IMG/VR virus record: IMGVR_UViG_3300028833_000061
Span: 128,001 to 192,000 of that record
Length of the DNA: 64,000 bases
Source of the DNA: a virus
Lineage: Duplodnaviria > Caudoviricetes
Reading direction: 5' to 3' (one strand)
Shown here piece by piece: positions 1-10,484 of this stretch (positions are counted from its first letter, which is position 1; each line of letters starts with the position of its first letter). The notes beneath the pieces are model-generated. The model was given only the letters and a program-made list of their open reading frames with translations, did no database searches and had not been told where the DNA came from. The position numbers were made by a program, and so were the translations under genes.

Positions 1-140
1 GCTGGATACAGAACAGCGTCTACTAGGAACGCCTGTGGCAAAGCCGCTCCGTCTGTATCAGCAAGGTTTGAGTCTGCAGAAAACGGATAGCTTCTGCTGA
101 TGTTCTCGCTCTCGTATTCCTGGTATATTGGTGTACTCAT
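1..140 (-). CDS. N-terminal part of a tail/baseplate-associated protein, paralogue of the three adjacent genes (runs off the window)
   Basis: Manual translation MSTPIYQEYESENISRSYPFSADSNLADTDGAALPQAFLVDAVLYP; ATG overlaps TGA of 137..796 (ATGA); shares the N-x4-YP...(L/V)P...VD motif with neighbours. Confidence 0.75.
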   Translation of the reverse strand, partial: MSTPIYQEYESENISRSYPFSADSNLADTDGAALPQAFLVDAVLYP

Positions 141-796
141 TCGAAGACCACGGCGAATTCGCCATCTGAGTTAACGTTCATTCCATTTATAGTCTGTATA
201 ACCGGAGATACGCACGAATCGTTCAATGAAGTAGGCATACATCTGTCTGCAATCGCATTTTTAGCAGACTGAGATAGCTCCATCGTGACTATATCTGTGC
301 CGTCGTCAGTAGATGAAACTGTGGTTGATACCTGCCCTCCAAAGTCGAACTCGACGGACCCTGTGGCCGTTTCTCCAGACGACGCATCTTCAAGCATGTA
401 TACACCTACACGAGGAAACGACAATACACAAAATTCGCTTATGCTGGACTGCTTGAAGCTTGAAAATCTAAATTTCATAGGCGAATCAAACGAAGCATGC
501 CCGAACTCCACTGTACCGAACACGCCATCTCGCATCGATTTTAGCGCAGCTACGCTGTCATACTCTCCTGACGCAGTAGCAACTACTCCTGAAGAATCGG
601 ATAAAACTACGGATATGATCCCAGGTCCGACATAGATACTTGAGATTCTAAACAGTGGCAATGCGACATACGTGGTGACAGACAAGCCGACAATTACGTC
701 ATACGGAATCTCAGAACCGGAATCGGACAATCCCGTGGCATCCTCGGACAGAGGATACTTTCTCAGGTAGTTTTCATTTTCTATCTGTATGCTCAT
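137..796 (-). CDS. Putative tail/baseplate-associated protein (NxxxxYP paralogue family)
   Basis: 219 aa, ENENYLRKYPL...IPYDVIV, C-terminal IQTINGM; translationally coupled to neighbours; downstream of baseplate genes. Confidence 0.55.
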   Translation of the reverse strand: MSIQIENENYLRKYPLSEDATGLSDSGSEIPYDVIVGLSVTTYVALPLFRISSIYVGPGIISVVLSDSSGVVATASGEYDSVAALKSMRDGVFGTVEFGHASFDSPMKFRFSSFKQSSISEFCVLSFPRVGVYMLEDASSGETATGSVEFDFGGQVSTTVSSTDDGTDIVTMELSQSAKNAIADRCMPTSLNDSCVSPVIQTINGMNVNSDGEFAVVFE

Positions 797-2481
797 ATGT
801 TGGACGCCGTAACTCTTGTTTCCTTGCCGTTAGTAAAGTCGAAGAACAGTATGTCTACTATGTTCCTGCTTACCTTCTTGGCCTCTTCTTCCGTGTACCC
901 GATGCCGTACTGCTTGTCCAGGGTGAACTCAGTCACTATGTCATACTTATCATCGTCGTTCAATGTGACGTTTGTGACAGGCCGTGCCCTGTTATACGCC
1001 GATGCGTACATCATCATAGGAGCATACGCCGCTGCTAGAAACCACACTTTTATTCCGCGCGACGATGCTACTGTGTCACCGGGGACGCTATACATTGCAG
1101 ATACGCAGAACGACTGCCCCGCTCCCAGCAAATACCCATAGTCGTCGTATAGTTTGCTTGTCTCTGAGAACATGTCCTTGCTAGACAACGGCTTCCCGCT
1201 TGTAAGATCGACCAAGGCCCGGTTCATCAGCTTTGCACTTACGGAAGCAAGATCCAGCCTATCGTAATAGCCAGGCTCCGATTGAAGTATGATTTCCGGC
1301 TTAACGTACTCGCCGGTCTTCTTATTGTATACGGCCTGTGTCTCTGTCCTCGATCTCACACAATACCTTGACGGGTTAAGCACGCTTGATTTACCAGGGC
1401 CTCCGCTATCTACCATCTCGATATATATTCCGTTTCGTGTCTGTCCGAAAGATATCTCCGAGTCTCCCTTTTGCCATCTGTCTGGCACCGTTATGTAGCA
1501 CGGGACTCCAGATACGTTGGTAACCTTGCATGTTATCTTGAAATATCCTGGATCGGCTGCGTAATTAACTATGCTGTCATTTGCCGCGAGGGCAGCCATA
1601 TCGGCGTCTGGAACTATCGAGAACTGCACGTCTATCTGCGGACTTGTCCCATGCTTGAGCTCGAATAGATCTATAAGTCCATAGTAGCTTCCCTCGTGGA
1701 CGTCCACGACCCTGTCTCTGAGGTCGTACACTCTTGTCGCTATGTCATACAGGTCGTTCACCTTGTCCATGTAATCCTGGCACTGACAGCAGGCAACGCA
1801 TTTTCCATGTATGGTAATGGTGTCATTCTTCTGTGTTATCTCATAACACCCGTCGCCGGTTATCAGCGAATGGCCGTCCTTCGAAGGAAGAGGGCTGCCT
1901 ATAGATGTGCGCTCCTGCTCGCAATCGTTATCGCACGGAACGCGCCCTAGGCCTTCCCCCGGCGAGAACTCAAGACGTACAGCGTCTAACTCTGAATCAG
2001 TCGTTGATTCTGCGGATATAACCGAATTGTATCCAGGTACGACAGAGAAATCTTCAGTTATTATCGCGTCTGGAACGCCAGTACCGTCTCCTCCGTTGAA
2101 AATTTCAATTGAAGTCACGCCTGTGTACTGGGGAAAGAAGCACGACGTCTCGAACCTTGCGTCTAAATCTGCGGAAAACGAGCCTAGACTTTTCAGTCTT
2201 GCAACGTCAAGAACGACCGACGACATTCCGTTATTTACAACAACAAATGCACGACCGTCTGCAAACTCGTCGTCATCTACTCCGAACACGGTGTCTCCTA
2301 TCTGGAATTCAGTATATTTGTCTGCGACGGATCTGCTGAATCTAGTCATGGACGCGTCAAAATCTTCCATGTCTAATGCCGCGTCGACAAATACAGAAAC
2401 AAGGCTTTCAGGGACAGATTCACTGTCCCTGAACGGATACGCGATAAGCGTGTTGGATGTCAGAAATTCGCCTTCAGGCAT
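793..2481 (-). CDS. Cys-rich putative tail/baseplate-associated protein (NxxxxYP family)
   Basis: 562 aa, TSNTLIAYPF...VFVDA; GDGCY..CVACCQCQDY followed by coiled-coil. Confidence 0.55.
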   Translation of the reverse strand: MPEGEFLTSNTLIAYPFRDSESVPESLVSVFVDAALDMEDFDASMTRFSRSVADKYTEFQIGDTVFGVDDDEFADGRAFVVVNNGMSSVVLDVARLKSLGSFSADLDARFETSCFFPQYTGVTSIEIFNGGDGTGVPDAIITEDFSVVPGYNSVISAESTTDSELDAVRLEFSPGEGLGRVPCDNDCEQERTSIGSPLPSKDGHSLITGDGCYEITQKNDTITIHGKCVACCQCQDYMDKVNDLYDIATRVYDLRDRVVDVHEGSYYGLIDLFELKHGTSPQIDVQFSIVPDADMAALAANDSIVNYAADPGYFKITCKVTNVSGVPCYITVPDRWQKGDSEISFGQTRNGIYIEMVDSGGPGKSSVLNPSRYCVRSRTETQAVYNKKTGEYVKPEIILQSEPGYYDRLDLASVSAKLMNRALVDLTSGKPLSSKDMFSETSKLYDDYGYLLGAGQSFCVSAMYSVPGDTVASSRGIKVWFLAAAYAPMMMYASAYNRARPVTNVTLNDDDKYDIVTEFTLDKQYGIGYTEEEAKKVSRNIVDILFFDFTNGKETRVTASNI

Positions 2482-2510
2482 GACAAAACTCCTGCCGGAA
2501 ACCGTGAAAA

Positions 2511-3488
2511 CTACTGGCCCTGCTCTTCTCCTGAGTCGTCCGACTCCGCAGACTTGTTTTCATCTTCTGTCTCATCGGGATCATCTTGTCCGAGCTCGGC
2601 CATGTCATAGTATGCACGAAGCTCGGTTATTCTCCTGTCAATTGTACCTGCGAATGAATTAAGCTGCATAACGGATGAGTTCAGAAGGGCTATCTTGTCG
2701 TTGATGAAATCAAGCTCTGCACATCCACAGCACGGCTTTGAACATTTGTCAGATATTTTTATTACACCGTCACTGGTTGTCACGTCTATGCACTCGTCGC
2801 CCTCGAGCACTATATTCTCGACAGACAGGCCGTTAAGCGTCTTAACGGTAGTATCCGTGCCGCAGTCGCACATGTCGTTGTAGCCTGCATTGCTGTCTGC
2901 GCTAATCCATAACGCATTCTTCTCTGCGTCATATTTCAAGGATACGTTTCTTCCAGCTATGAGCTTTATATCTCCTCTGAGCTTTTTCGATCTATACCCT
3001 GTCGTCGAATCGTATATGGACAGGCTAGCTATGTTTCTTATGGAAGGCCTTACGCATCTCTGCTCGAACAGCGTCTCGGCCTTCTCAAACGCATAAACAC
3101 CGTCCGGTACGTCGTCATCGATGCTCGAAAGGTCGCCAACGACGATACAGCCTTTCGAACCGGCGTACTCATTCACACCAACGAACTGATACGGAGTGTT
3201 TTGTCTGTGCGATCTAACATCGATGGTAACCGATGCCACGATTCCTAGCTCACCGCCGATTGTAAGTATAAGTTCGTTGTTGGCGTACGTCAGACCGGAT
3301 AGATATATCTCGTTTGACAGCTCGCTACTTATCGACATAACGAAGTCAACTATGATGTAGTTCGGCAAAACAAACGGATCGTTTCCGAGATCCACATCAT
3401 TCGTGGCTCTACGCGTAGCATTTTCGCGTATCGGGTAGCTCCGAAGCGAATTCTGGTTAAGCCACTCTATCTGTGTTGTATTAGGCAT
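2511..3488 (-). CDS. Cys-rich putative tail/baseplate-associated protein (NxxxxYP family)
   Basis: 325 aa, WLNQNSLRSYPI...LPNYIIVDF; GDECI..CSKPCCGCAEL followed by coiled-coil. Confidence 0.55.
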   Translation of the reverse strand: MPNTTQIEWLNQNSLRSYPIRENATRRATNDVDLGNDPFVLPNYIIVDFVMSISSELSNEIYLSGLTYANNELILTIGGELGIVASVTIDVRSHRQNTPYQFVGVNEYAGSKGCIVVGDLSSIDDDVPDGVYAFEKAETLFEQRCVRPSIRNIASLSIYDSTTGYRSKKLRGDIKLIAGRNVSLKYDAEKNALWISADSNAGYNDMCDCGTDTTVKTLNGLSVENIVLEGDECIDVTTSDGVIKISDKCSKPCCGCAELDFINDKIALLNSSVMQLNSFAGTIDRRITELRAYYDMAELGQDDPDETEDENKSAESDDSGEEQGQ

Positions 3489-6127
3489 CAGACCACCATG
3501 TCTAGCGACCAGCGCATGTTTATGAACCCAATCGGAGCCGTGTATGGACTTGCACCGGACGCGATTCCACTTCGTGAAATTCTAACGGCTACTGTGTATC
3601 CAGGTCTTATACCGAAAGAAGAAATTGAAACGTCCTCGTGCTTGCTCAGGTACTTGGAGCACTCGTTGAAATCCGGCAGCTGGCTGCCAATCGCGTCATA
3701 AAGTCTGCAAGGTATGTTGTCTGTGCCGTCTTCTGTGTGAATAAGCACAGGATCGAATGCACGATACGTTGTCGTGTCATCGGTAATAGCAGACACGATC
3801 GGGATCTCTACAATCCTAGCAGTATCAGGTTTGATGAGATCGTCCTGCACGTTAGCTGCCTCATACGTACCAGTACCGTCTGCGTCTACTGGATTGAGAT
3901 CGGGCAGTACGTTGTAGTCCATCAGAACACCAGCGTATCTTATAGAGCTGTCGGTGTACGACTGGGTACCAAAGACATTGGCATACAGATTTACCCTATA
4001 CAGTGCATTGGCTGTACTATATGGCACATGGAACTTTAGTACGAAAGCCGATGGGATGTTCTGGACGTCTGTTCCGTCGTTCCATCCAAGAAGTCTTACG
4101 TACGGGAACATACCAACCATGTCCTGCTTCGCGTTTTGCAACGCTACTTCCTCGAAGTCTCCCTGCACTCCTCCTTCGATTGTACTTATAATGACAGTAC
4201 CCTGACCTTTAGGCTGAGAACCCCACCGAGTTAGCTTTATTCCGGTGCCTGCAACTATCCTTTCGACTACAGGGCCTGTCTTCAGCTTTCCACCAGACCC
4301 GCTCTTGACTACCTTATATCCCTCTAATTCGTCTTCTACAACGTCTCCAATCGGATCAAAGTCTATCTCGAGGTCGCCGACATCGCTCTCGGAATCAGAG
4401 CCACAGCTGTAAATATGCAAACCAGACCCTTTCCTGGCCCTTATAGACGTGACAGGTCCTGTAGACGATGACGTAGCTTTTGTAAAATGAAGCACAAGTC
4501 TGTGCTCTTCCCATGCCTCTGTATCAGTATATCTGCTCGTATAGTTTACAGGCCACGGAGCATGCCCCCAGGTGTCATCGTACCAGTATATGGAGTCGCT
4601 TTCGATCGAGAACACGTACTTTCCACCAAGACTCTTCGATGAAAGTTCGACGCCATTCATAACAAGAGAAGCGGCACCTGCTGGAACAGGCGGATAATAT
4701 GTCTGCATAGCCCTGTCGAAACCTATGTTGTATACGAACTTAGGCTTGGTAGACTCTGGGCCAGAAAATCTAGACAGCTCCTCGTCGCTAAGATCTCTCC
4801 ATCCTTTCGCGATATCTGGAAATACCATGCCTGTAGACCAGGTACGCTTTTCGTCAGAGTCATCAGCCACTCTATACACCAAAGACTCGTCGTCCGAGTT
4901 TTCAGGCTTTCTGAGCTCGACAAACATGCCGTGCTCTACAGGATATCTTACCTTGAATCCTTCGACCTGTATGCTGCCAGACGTGCCCTCTGTCTTGTTG
5001 TACCAGTGCAGAAAAACGCCAGGGTTGTTTCCGAAAGCAAGCTGTTCTGCACGAGTCTCGTCATCCTCCGCTATCGGGCCTCCAAGCACGAATTCGTATT
5101 TGCAATCATCCGTGTTAAGCCACTCGCCGGAGAATACCAGTCGTGGAAAGATATCGGTATCAGGAAATGCTTCTGCGTCCCTTTCCGGGTTTACATACAC
5201 ATCAGGTGCAAATCCTACAAACACATGCTTGCCATCAGGAATCTCGCCTTCTACATACTGCCCGCCTGCGGGAAGTCCTCCTATAAGATACGCCCTGTGC
5301 ACGTGCGACTCAGCCATGTCCTTATGTTCAATGGACAAAAGCGCTTTGTCAGCAAACACAACGCCGTTCTTGCTTCTACCGACGAAGCTGCCTATGAATA
5401 CCTTTGGACCACTTGGATATGCGGTTATCTTTCCAGGCTCAGTGCTGGACAGATAGTACATGCCGTCTCTGAACGCCTCGCCATCCTCAAGCATCCCTGA
5501 AATGTCGAACGACTTGCTCGACATATCTACCAGTCCTGCAAGAGCTATCTTTCCGGTTGTTCCTCCGCGCGCGATAACCATACCTACAGCATATGCCGAA
5601 TTCGAGGCTGAAAACTGATCGAATAGACTAACAGACGCAACGGCTTTGGCATATGATCCCGTGTCTGCGTCAAAATACACTATATCACCGACGCCTGGAG
5701 TATCTGTGGAAGCAAGCTTAGCGTTCAAGATGACAAGAAGAGCCATAGGATTTTCTCTGTCGAACGCTCTCAGCTTGTCATATAGATAGCCTGTTCTTTC
5801 TGTAAGTTCCTGTAGAGGCTTATTCAGAGTCTCTGCATCAACAGGATCACCGTCAGACAACGCGTGCACAGCCGGCCAGCTTGATGATAGCTGCACCTCT
5901 ATTACGTCAGATCCATCTCCGTCTACTGACGTAAGAGTCAACTTGCCACCGGCGAGTCTGAATACGTAATCTATTCCGGTTATGTCGTCCTGTATTATCG
6001 CGCCGCTGGTCACAGGAGTATCGTCATCCTGAGACAGCTTTACGAGGCTAAGCTTTCCACCGGACAGCTGTACGCTGTACTTGGACGAATCAGTCGTGTC
6101 CTCAATGATTATCTGGCTAACTGCCAT
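3488..6127 (-). CDS. Putative tail fibre / baseplate attachment protein
   Basis: 879 aa beta-rich; DGDPVDAETLNKPLQELTERTGYL motif resembling phage tail-fibre N-termini; follows baseplate wedge genes. Confidence 0.55.
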   Translation of the reverse strand: MAVSQIIIEDTTDSSKYSVQLSGGKLSLVKLSQDDDTPVTSGAIIQDDITGIDYVFRLAGGKLTLTSVDGDGSDVIEVQLSSSWPAVHALSDGDPVDAETLNKPLQELTERTGYLYDKLRAFDRENPMALLVILNAKLASTDTPGVGDIVYFDADTGSYAKAVASVSLFDQFSASNSAYAVGMVIARGGTTGKIALAGLVDMSSKSFDISGMLEDGEAFRDGMYYLSSTEPGKITAYPSGPKVFIGSFVGRSKNGVVFADKALLSIEHKDMAESHVHRAYLIGGLPAGGQYVEGEIPDGKHVFVGFAPDVYVNPERDAEAFPDTDIFPRLVFSGEWLNTDDCKYEFVLGGPIAEDDETRAEQLAFGNNPGVFLHWYNKTEGTSGSIQVEGFKVRYPVEHGMFVELRKPENSDDESLVYRVADDSDEKRTWSTGMVFPDIAKGWRDLSDEELSRFSGPESTKPKFVYNIGFDRAMQTYYPPVPAGAASLVMNGVELSSKSLGGKYVFSIESDSIYWYDDTWGHAPWPVNYTSRYTDTEAWEEHRLVLHFTKATSSSTGPVTSIRARKGSGLHIYSCGSDSESDVGDLEIDFDPIGDVVEDELEGYKVVKSGSGGKLKTGPVVERIVAGTGIKLTRWGSQPKGQGTVIISTIEGGVQGDFEEVALQNAKQDMVGMFPYVRLLGWNDGTDVQNIPSAFVLKFHVPYSTANALYRVNLYANVFGTQSYTDSSIRYAGVLMDYNVLPDLNPVDADGTGTYEAANVQDDLIKPDTARIVEIPIVSAITDDTTTYRAFDPVLIHTEDGTDNIPCRLYDAIGSQLPDFNECSKYLSKHEDVSISSFGIRPGYTVAVRISRSGIASGASPYTAPIGFINMRWSLDMVV

Positions 6128-6139
6128 CTGACAACTCCG

Positions 6140-6667
6140 TTATCTGAACTTAACTGCCCAGTCGATCGACATCTCGAAGTCTCTAGGCTTCGGTTTGTAT
6201 GTTCCGTCGACACCAAGATCAACGACGGCGAGAAGCGAATAGTCTGCGCCATCTGTTCCTTTTCCAAGCAGACAAGCCTTATACACGTACTTGTTGTCTG
6301 GAATGTCCTCCGTACGGCCGTGGAACGTTATCTTGTTGAATTTGTAGACATCATCGTCCGAAGACAGCGTAGGGGCGTAGCTAAACCCGGTTATTACATA
6401 AGAATTGTTGTTCTTGACGTCACCCCAGGTTGTCTCCCTTGTATATCCTGAAGTAACGGAAGGAGAGTCTCCGAATATAAAAGCTATCTTCTTTGGAATA
6501 TACGTGGAGTCTCCGGCGTATGCAGCCGCTACCGCGTCTGCCGCGGCATACGTTGTCATGTTGTGCTTGCTGCAGAATTCAACAGATTCGCCGGTCTTTC
6601 CGACGAGTCTGCAATTGACGCTGCCTTCGGCGCACGGTGTGGTTGTTCTATTTTGCCTAGTATTCAT
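6140..6667 (-). CDS. Putative tail collar / baseplate-associated protein
   Basis: HNMTT...FEMSIDWAVKF pattern like tail-collar proteins; start set at ATG 6667 (MNTRQ). Confidence 0.45.
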   Translation of the reverse strand: MNTRQNRTTTPCAEGSVNCRLVGKTGESVEFCSKHNMTTYAAADAVAAAYAGDSTYIPKKIAFIFGDSPSVTSGYTRETTWGDVKNNNSYVITGFSYAPTLSSDDDVYKFNKITFHGRTEDIPDNKYVYKACLLGKGTDGADYSLLAVVDLGVDGTYKPKPRDFEMSIDWAVKFR

Positions 6668-8333
6668 CGTCGTCATCGTCATCATGCCTTCTTCTGCACC
6701 TCTTTGTCCACTTCGAACTTACAACGTAGTCGTCAATGTCGTCAAACTCATCGTCGCTCTCGTCATAGTTCGATCCTGCCGTCACGGAAACATCTGAATC
6801 ATCCTGCTCGTCTATCTCGTCGTCCTGTCCGTCTATGGCATTTCCATGCTCTATGAAATAGAGTCTTATATGAGCCGGGATAAGCTGCCTAAGCGTGTTG
6901 TAAAAGTTTGGATCAAAAAGTGGTGCCTCCGCTGCTAGTTTATCGGTATCGACAAAAACGAACAGTGTGTTCGCCCCTATCAAATTTTTAAGAAAAAACG
7001 CAATGGGCTGTACACTTCCGCACACAGAACCCTCTGAAATACTATCATTTTTGATGCCATCAAAGCAATCTTCTATCGACACCTTTGACTTTTCGGCCTC
7101 GGACCATACGAAATTCCAGTATTTGAGCTCTTTTTCTGCATTGCCGGTACCGAGATCGAACATAAGTTTCGGATTTCCGTTTGCATCGAAACCTCTGCAA
7201 ACAACATCCTTCTCGTCCCAACCGGCATAAAAACCCGTGTCTAGCGGGCCACGTATGATTGCCTTCGGAATAGAGACCGACGATATATCCTTTTTGAACG
7301 TGTATTCAGAAAATTCTGTCTTTCTTGTCACGTCAGCTACACTTGTTATAAACGGATACAGCCTGACGGCCGTGTCTAGAAAGTCACCGTGAAAGATAGT
7401 GTTTCCAGCCTTGACGCAGTCTCTTAGCACTGCATTCTCTCCGAACGTGTAGACATTCTTGTCTGTTATGACATGCCGCATCCCGTCGCATGTATAGATG
7501 GTCTGTATTGTCTCCGCATCCTCTATCACAGTCGGGACTCCGCACAATGCACCTATCACTATCCTAAGATGCGCCGGGCTCAACCCATCGCTCGTAGCAT
7601 CCCAGACAGCCCGTACCACGTTTCTATACAGCTCGCTCGACTTGCCTTTTAGATCTACAGCATAGCCAGAATGCTTGAATACGAAATCCTTGTCTATAAG
7701 AGTATCGCAGGCCCACAGAACGGTCTCTTGCGTGCTCTCTCCCGTAATCTCGTCAACGACGTCAAACTTAGGAAACAGCGAATCATCGTTAAACGGATCG
7801 TGCTCCTTAGATATGACGATAGACTTTCTATCTATCCTGAAATCAGATCCGTTGTTAAGTATCACAGAAGGTTTGGCTATGCTGTCCACGACGCACGACA
7901 CGACATCCACAACGTCGTCGTCAAGACTGTAGGCAACAACGTCAGAACGATCCACGTGTCTTCCGATGCGTATTTTGCTTTCAAATCCAGCCTGGGTTCC
8001 ATTTGTAAGAACCGCATCGTCGCCTATGCGCATTGTTGCGGCGTCGGCGTTGTTGCGCCTGTTCTTCCTGACAACGATAGGATACCAGCGTTCCCTGTGA
8101 AATACCGGTGTGTCGGTGTGATCGAGCAACTGTATGTTTTCAAGCAGATCCAAATACAGCTGAGCGTATCTTAGCGCCCTCGATCCTTGTAAGCTCTTCA
8201 GAAATTGCTTGTCCTTGTACAGATGTGTCCAGAAGGTTCTCATCCAGCTGAACAGCTGATCTGCCGTTGACGGAACAATGCATCCGTCGATTGCGGGAAG
8301 TCCTAGCTTTGTTGTGGCTGTGTCCTGATTCAT
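6657..8333 (-). CDS. Putative baseplate wedge protein
   Basis: Directly follows baseplate J-like gene; LRQLIPAHI motif near C-terminus typical of gpI/gp7-like wedge proteins; start at ATG 8333 after AAGGAA. Confidence 0.55.
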   Translation of the reverse strand: MNQDTATTKLGLPAIDGCIVPSTADQLFSWMRTFWTHLYKDKQFLKSLQGSRALRYAQLYLDLLENIQLLDHTDTPVFHRERWYPIVVRKNRRNNADAATMRIGDDAVLTNGTQAGFESKIRIGRHVDRSDVVAYSLDDDVVDVVSCVVDSIAKPSVILNNGSDFRIDRKSIVISKEHDPFNDDSLFPKFDVVDEITGESTQETVLWACDTLIDKDFVFKHSGYAVDLKGKSSELYRNVVRAVWDATSDGLSPAHLRIVIGALCGVPTVIEDAETIQTIYTCDGMRHVITDKNVYTFGENAVLRDCVKAGNTIFHGDFLDTAVRLYPFITSVADVTRKTEFSEYTFKKDISSVSIPKAIIRGPLDTGFYAGWDEKDVVCRGFDANGNPKLMFDLGTGNAEKELKYWNFVWSEAEKSKVSIEDCFDGIKNDSISEGSVCGSVQPIAFFLKNLIGANTLFVFVDTDKLAAEAPLFDPNFYNTLRQLIPAHIRLYFIEHGNAIDGQDDEIDEQDDSDVSVTAGSNYDESDDEFDDIDDYVVSSKWTKRCRRRHDDDDDDEY

Positions 8334-8343
8334 TTCCTTTTTA

Positions 8344-9963
8344 TTATTCAGGAATTGCAACTATGTTTACTTTATTTCTAGACGTAACAAACACCGCTGT
8401 CTTCCCAGACACGAGAATATCCTGTCCTAGCAGCGAGTCAAGATCGAGCGAATCTCCTACAAGACCGTGTGAAACGCCGTCGGCATCCCTTATTGAACCA
8501 ACGAGAGCGTGCTCGTCATCAAGAGCAACGCTTGTAGCTCCCTTCTCACGCAGTATGCAAGCGATCTCAGACCGTGTAAGCCTTCCTACGAAACCAGATC
8601 TATTAATATAATCGACTACGGCATCTGCGGCTCCGTCTACGTCGAATCCGGCTCCTGACTTGTACCTGCAGCTCATGTTTACAAACACGCGGCACAGCAT
8701 AGGACACCGTGCAACATAGTCTGCTGCTACGTTTCTTACCGTATCGTCATCCAGCACAGACTGTATTTCTGTAGCGTCTGGCAGAGCTATTACGTTTATG
8801 TTGAACGTCCTTGTCTCATCGGTATGGCCACTGTTGTGTATTCTCACAGAACACCCGCGCCACACTGTTCCTGCCAACTCTCTTCCATTCTTGTCGGACA
8901 CGTCAAAATCGTGCCACGTGTCTGGAGCCGAGTTCGTGCCGTACGATACTGAATAATCGTATGATGCCAGGGCTTCTGATCCAGCATCGGATACAGAATC
9001 GATACACAGCATGCCTGGTGCGTCGTCTGGACCGATGCTCGTGACATAATCTCCAGTGGCGCTGTCAAACGAGCATTCAAGTGTAAGAGCAGTTACCGGA
9101 GCCGCTGTAAAGTTTCTCACGTACACGTCCGCTCTGCCGCCTACTGAAATTCCAAACGGGTTGTGCCTGTCTCTCATCTGCACAGGGTCGCCGAATCCGG
9201 CTACAGACACGTCGACTATTGGATTCTGACCAGCGTCGAACCTGTCTCTAAGCACAGCCTCCACCGACGTTTTTGTAAGTAGACCGCGCAAGGATAGCGC
9301 CGACTTGATTCTATGTCCTATCGACTCTATTCCTTCAACGTCCGAACCACCGGAAAAATCAGCATACGCAGCCGCAGATATAAATCCAGTAAAAGCGTTC
9401 TTGAAGTACAATACCGTATTTTTCGCTATGTTTCCTACGCTACCGGCTGTCAGGCACGTAACTGGAACAATGAAACAGTAGTACCCATCAGCCTTGTATA
9501 CACCTTTAGGCACGCTGCTGCTGCTGCTTGTTACTGGAGAATATGTAGTCGTACTGTCTACCGAAAACTGCAAACCTGTTATAGTCTCGAATACAGAGCC
9601 AGCTGAAACTACATACGTTCTCGGATCTGTAACGCGTACTACGACAGATCCTTTTGCCGCAGTACCGAGCTTTCCTGCCATGTTGAAATTCGTAAGGATT
9701 CTGTTCAGGTCGTCGGTGTCGATGCCTTTTCCGTTGTTGAATCCTTCGATCAACGAAACAAGGGATGAGCGTTCTCGCTGTATTTCGGCTTCTTTCGAAA
9801 ACAAAGCAAAAATATGCGCGTCAGGACGTATTAGCAAGTCGCGAAGAGCGGTTCCTTCACGAAGATCGAGGTACGGATAGGCCGTTCTGATCTGATCGAG
9901 AAGCGTTTGCTCCGCCTTTGTCCTGTCAGAGTCTGTTATGTCGGCAAGACTTATGCTGTTCAT
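8344..9963 (-). CDS. Baseplate J-like (gp6-like) wedge protein
   Basis: 539 aa; LDLREGTALRDLLIRP, AKGSVVV, PVTCLTAGSVGNI, FSGGSDVE motifs of the Baseplate_J family. Confidence 0.85.
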   Translation of the reverse strand: MNSISLADITDSDRTKAEQTLLDQIRTAYPYLDLREGTALRDLLIRPDAHIFALFSKEAEIQRERSSLVSLIEGFNNGKGIDTDDLNRILTNFNMAGKLGTAAKGSVVVRVTDPRTYVVSAGSVFETITGLQFSVDSTTTYSPVTSSSSSVPKGVYKADGYYCFIVPVTCLTAGSVGNIAKNTVLYFKNAFTGFISAAAYADFSGGSDVEGIESIGHRIKSALSLRGLLTKTSVEAVLRDRFDAGQNPIVDVSVAGFGDPVQMRDRHNPFGISVGGRADVYVRNFTAAPVTALTLECSFDSATGDYVTSIGPDDAPGMLCIDSVSDAGSEALASYDYSVSYGTNSAPDTWHDFDVSDKNGRELAGTVWRGCSVRIHNSGHTDETRTFNINVIALPDATEIQSVLDDDTVRNVAADYVARCPMLCRVFVNMSCRYKSGAGFDVDGAADAVVDYINRSGFVGRLTRSEIACILREKGATSVALDDEHALVGSIRDADGVSHGLVGDSLDLDSLLGQDILVSGKTAVFVTSRNKVNIVAIPE

Positions 9964-10472
9964 TTAAAAACCCCGTATGTTGTAGGTACGACGAATGTCA
10001 CGCTGTCGCCTGCTACAGAACGAATTGACACATGTATGCGTATTGTTCTGGTTACAGTATCTAGAGTCACGTCTACTATCCTGCTTTCTTGCAGCTTTTC
10101 GTCGTCTGGCTGATCTCCATATCTGGCGGCATTGGATTCGTCGTCGTGCTTTATCTTGTCCTGTGTCTTGAAATTGGCCGTGTTGGCCATCAGATCTACA
10201 TAAGAAAGGCCTGGTACGTTTCCCCTAGAGCATACGTCCACAAGGTTTGTTCCTATATACTTGTTAAACACATCACTGCCTGTGAGTGTTGTAAACAGAA
10301 CGACATACCGCTGCACAAGCTTTTGAATGCCTGAAACAGCCTTTGTCTGGTTTTTCGATGCGGATGGTGTAAGTTCCTGGTACTCCGTACTTGGAGTAAC
10401 CATAGACTGGAGACATTCTATGTCTAGCTGTCTCTTGTAATAATTTGTCGTTGTTTTGACGCTCGTCTGCAT
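9960..10472 (-). CDS. Baseplate wedge / sheath initiator (gp25-like)
   Basis: 170 aa; SGIQKLVQRY..LTGSD.F..IGT.L, immediately upstream of baseplate J. Confidence 0.7.
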   Translation of the reverse strand: MQTSVKTTTNYYKRQLDIECLQSMVTPSTEYQELTPSASKNQTKAVSGIQKLVQRYVVLFTTLTGSDVFNKYIGTNLVDVCSRGNVPGLSYVDLMANTANFKTQDKIKHDDESNAARYGDQPDDEKLQESRIVDVTLDTVTRTIRIHVSIRSVAGDSVTFVVPTTYGVFK

Positions 10473-10484
10473 ATGACTTATGCA

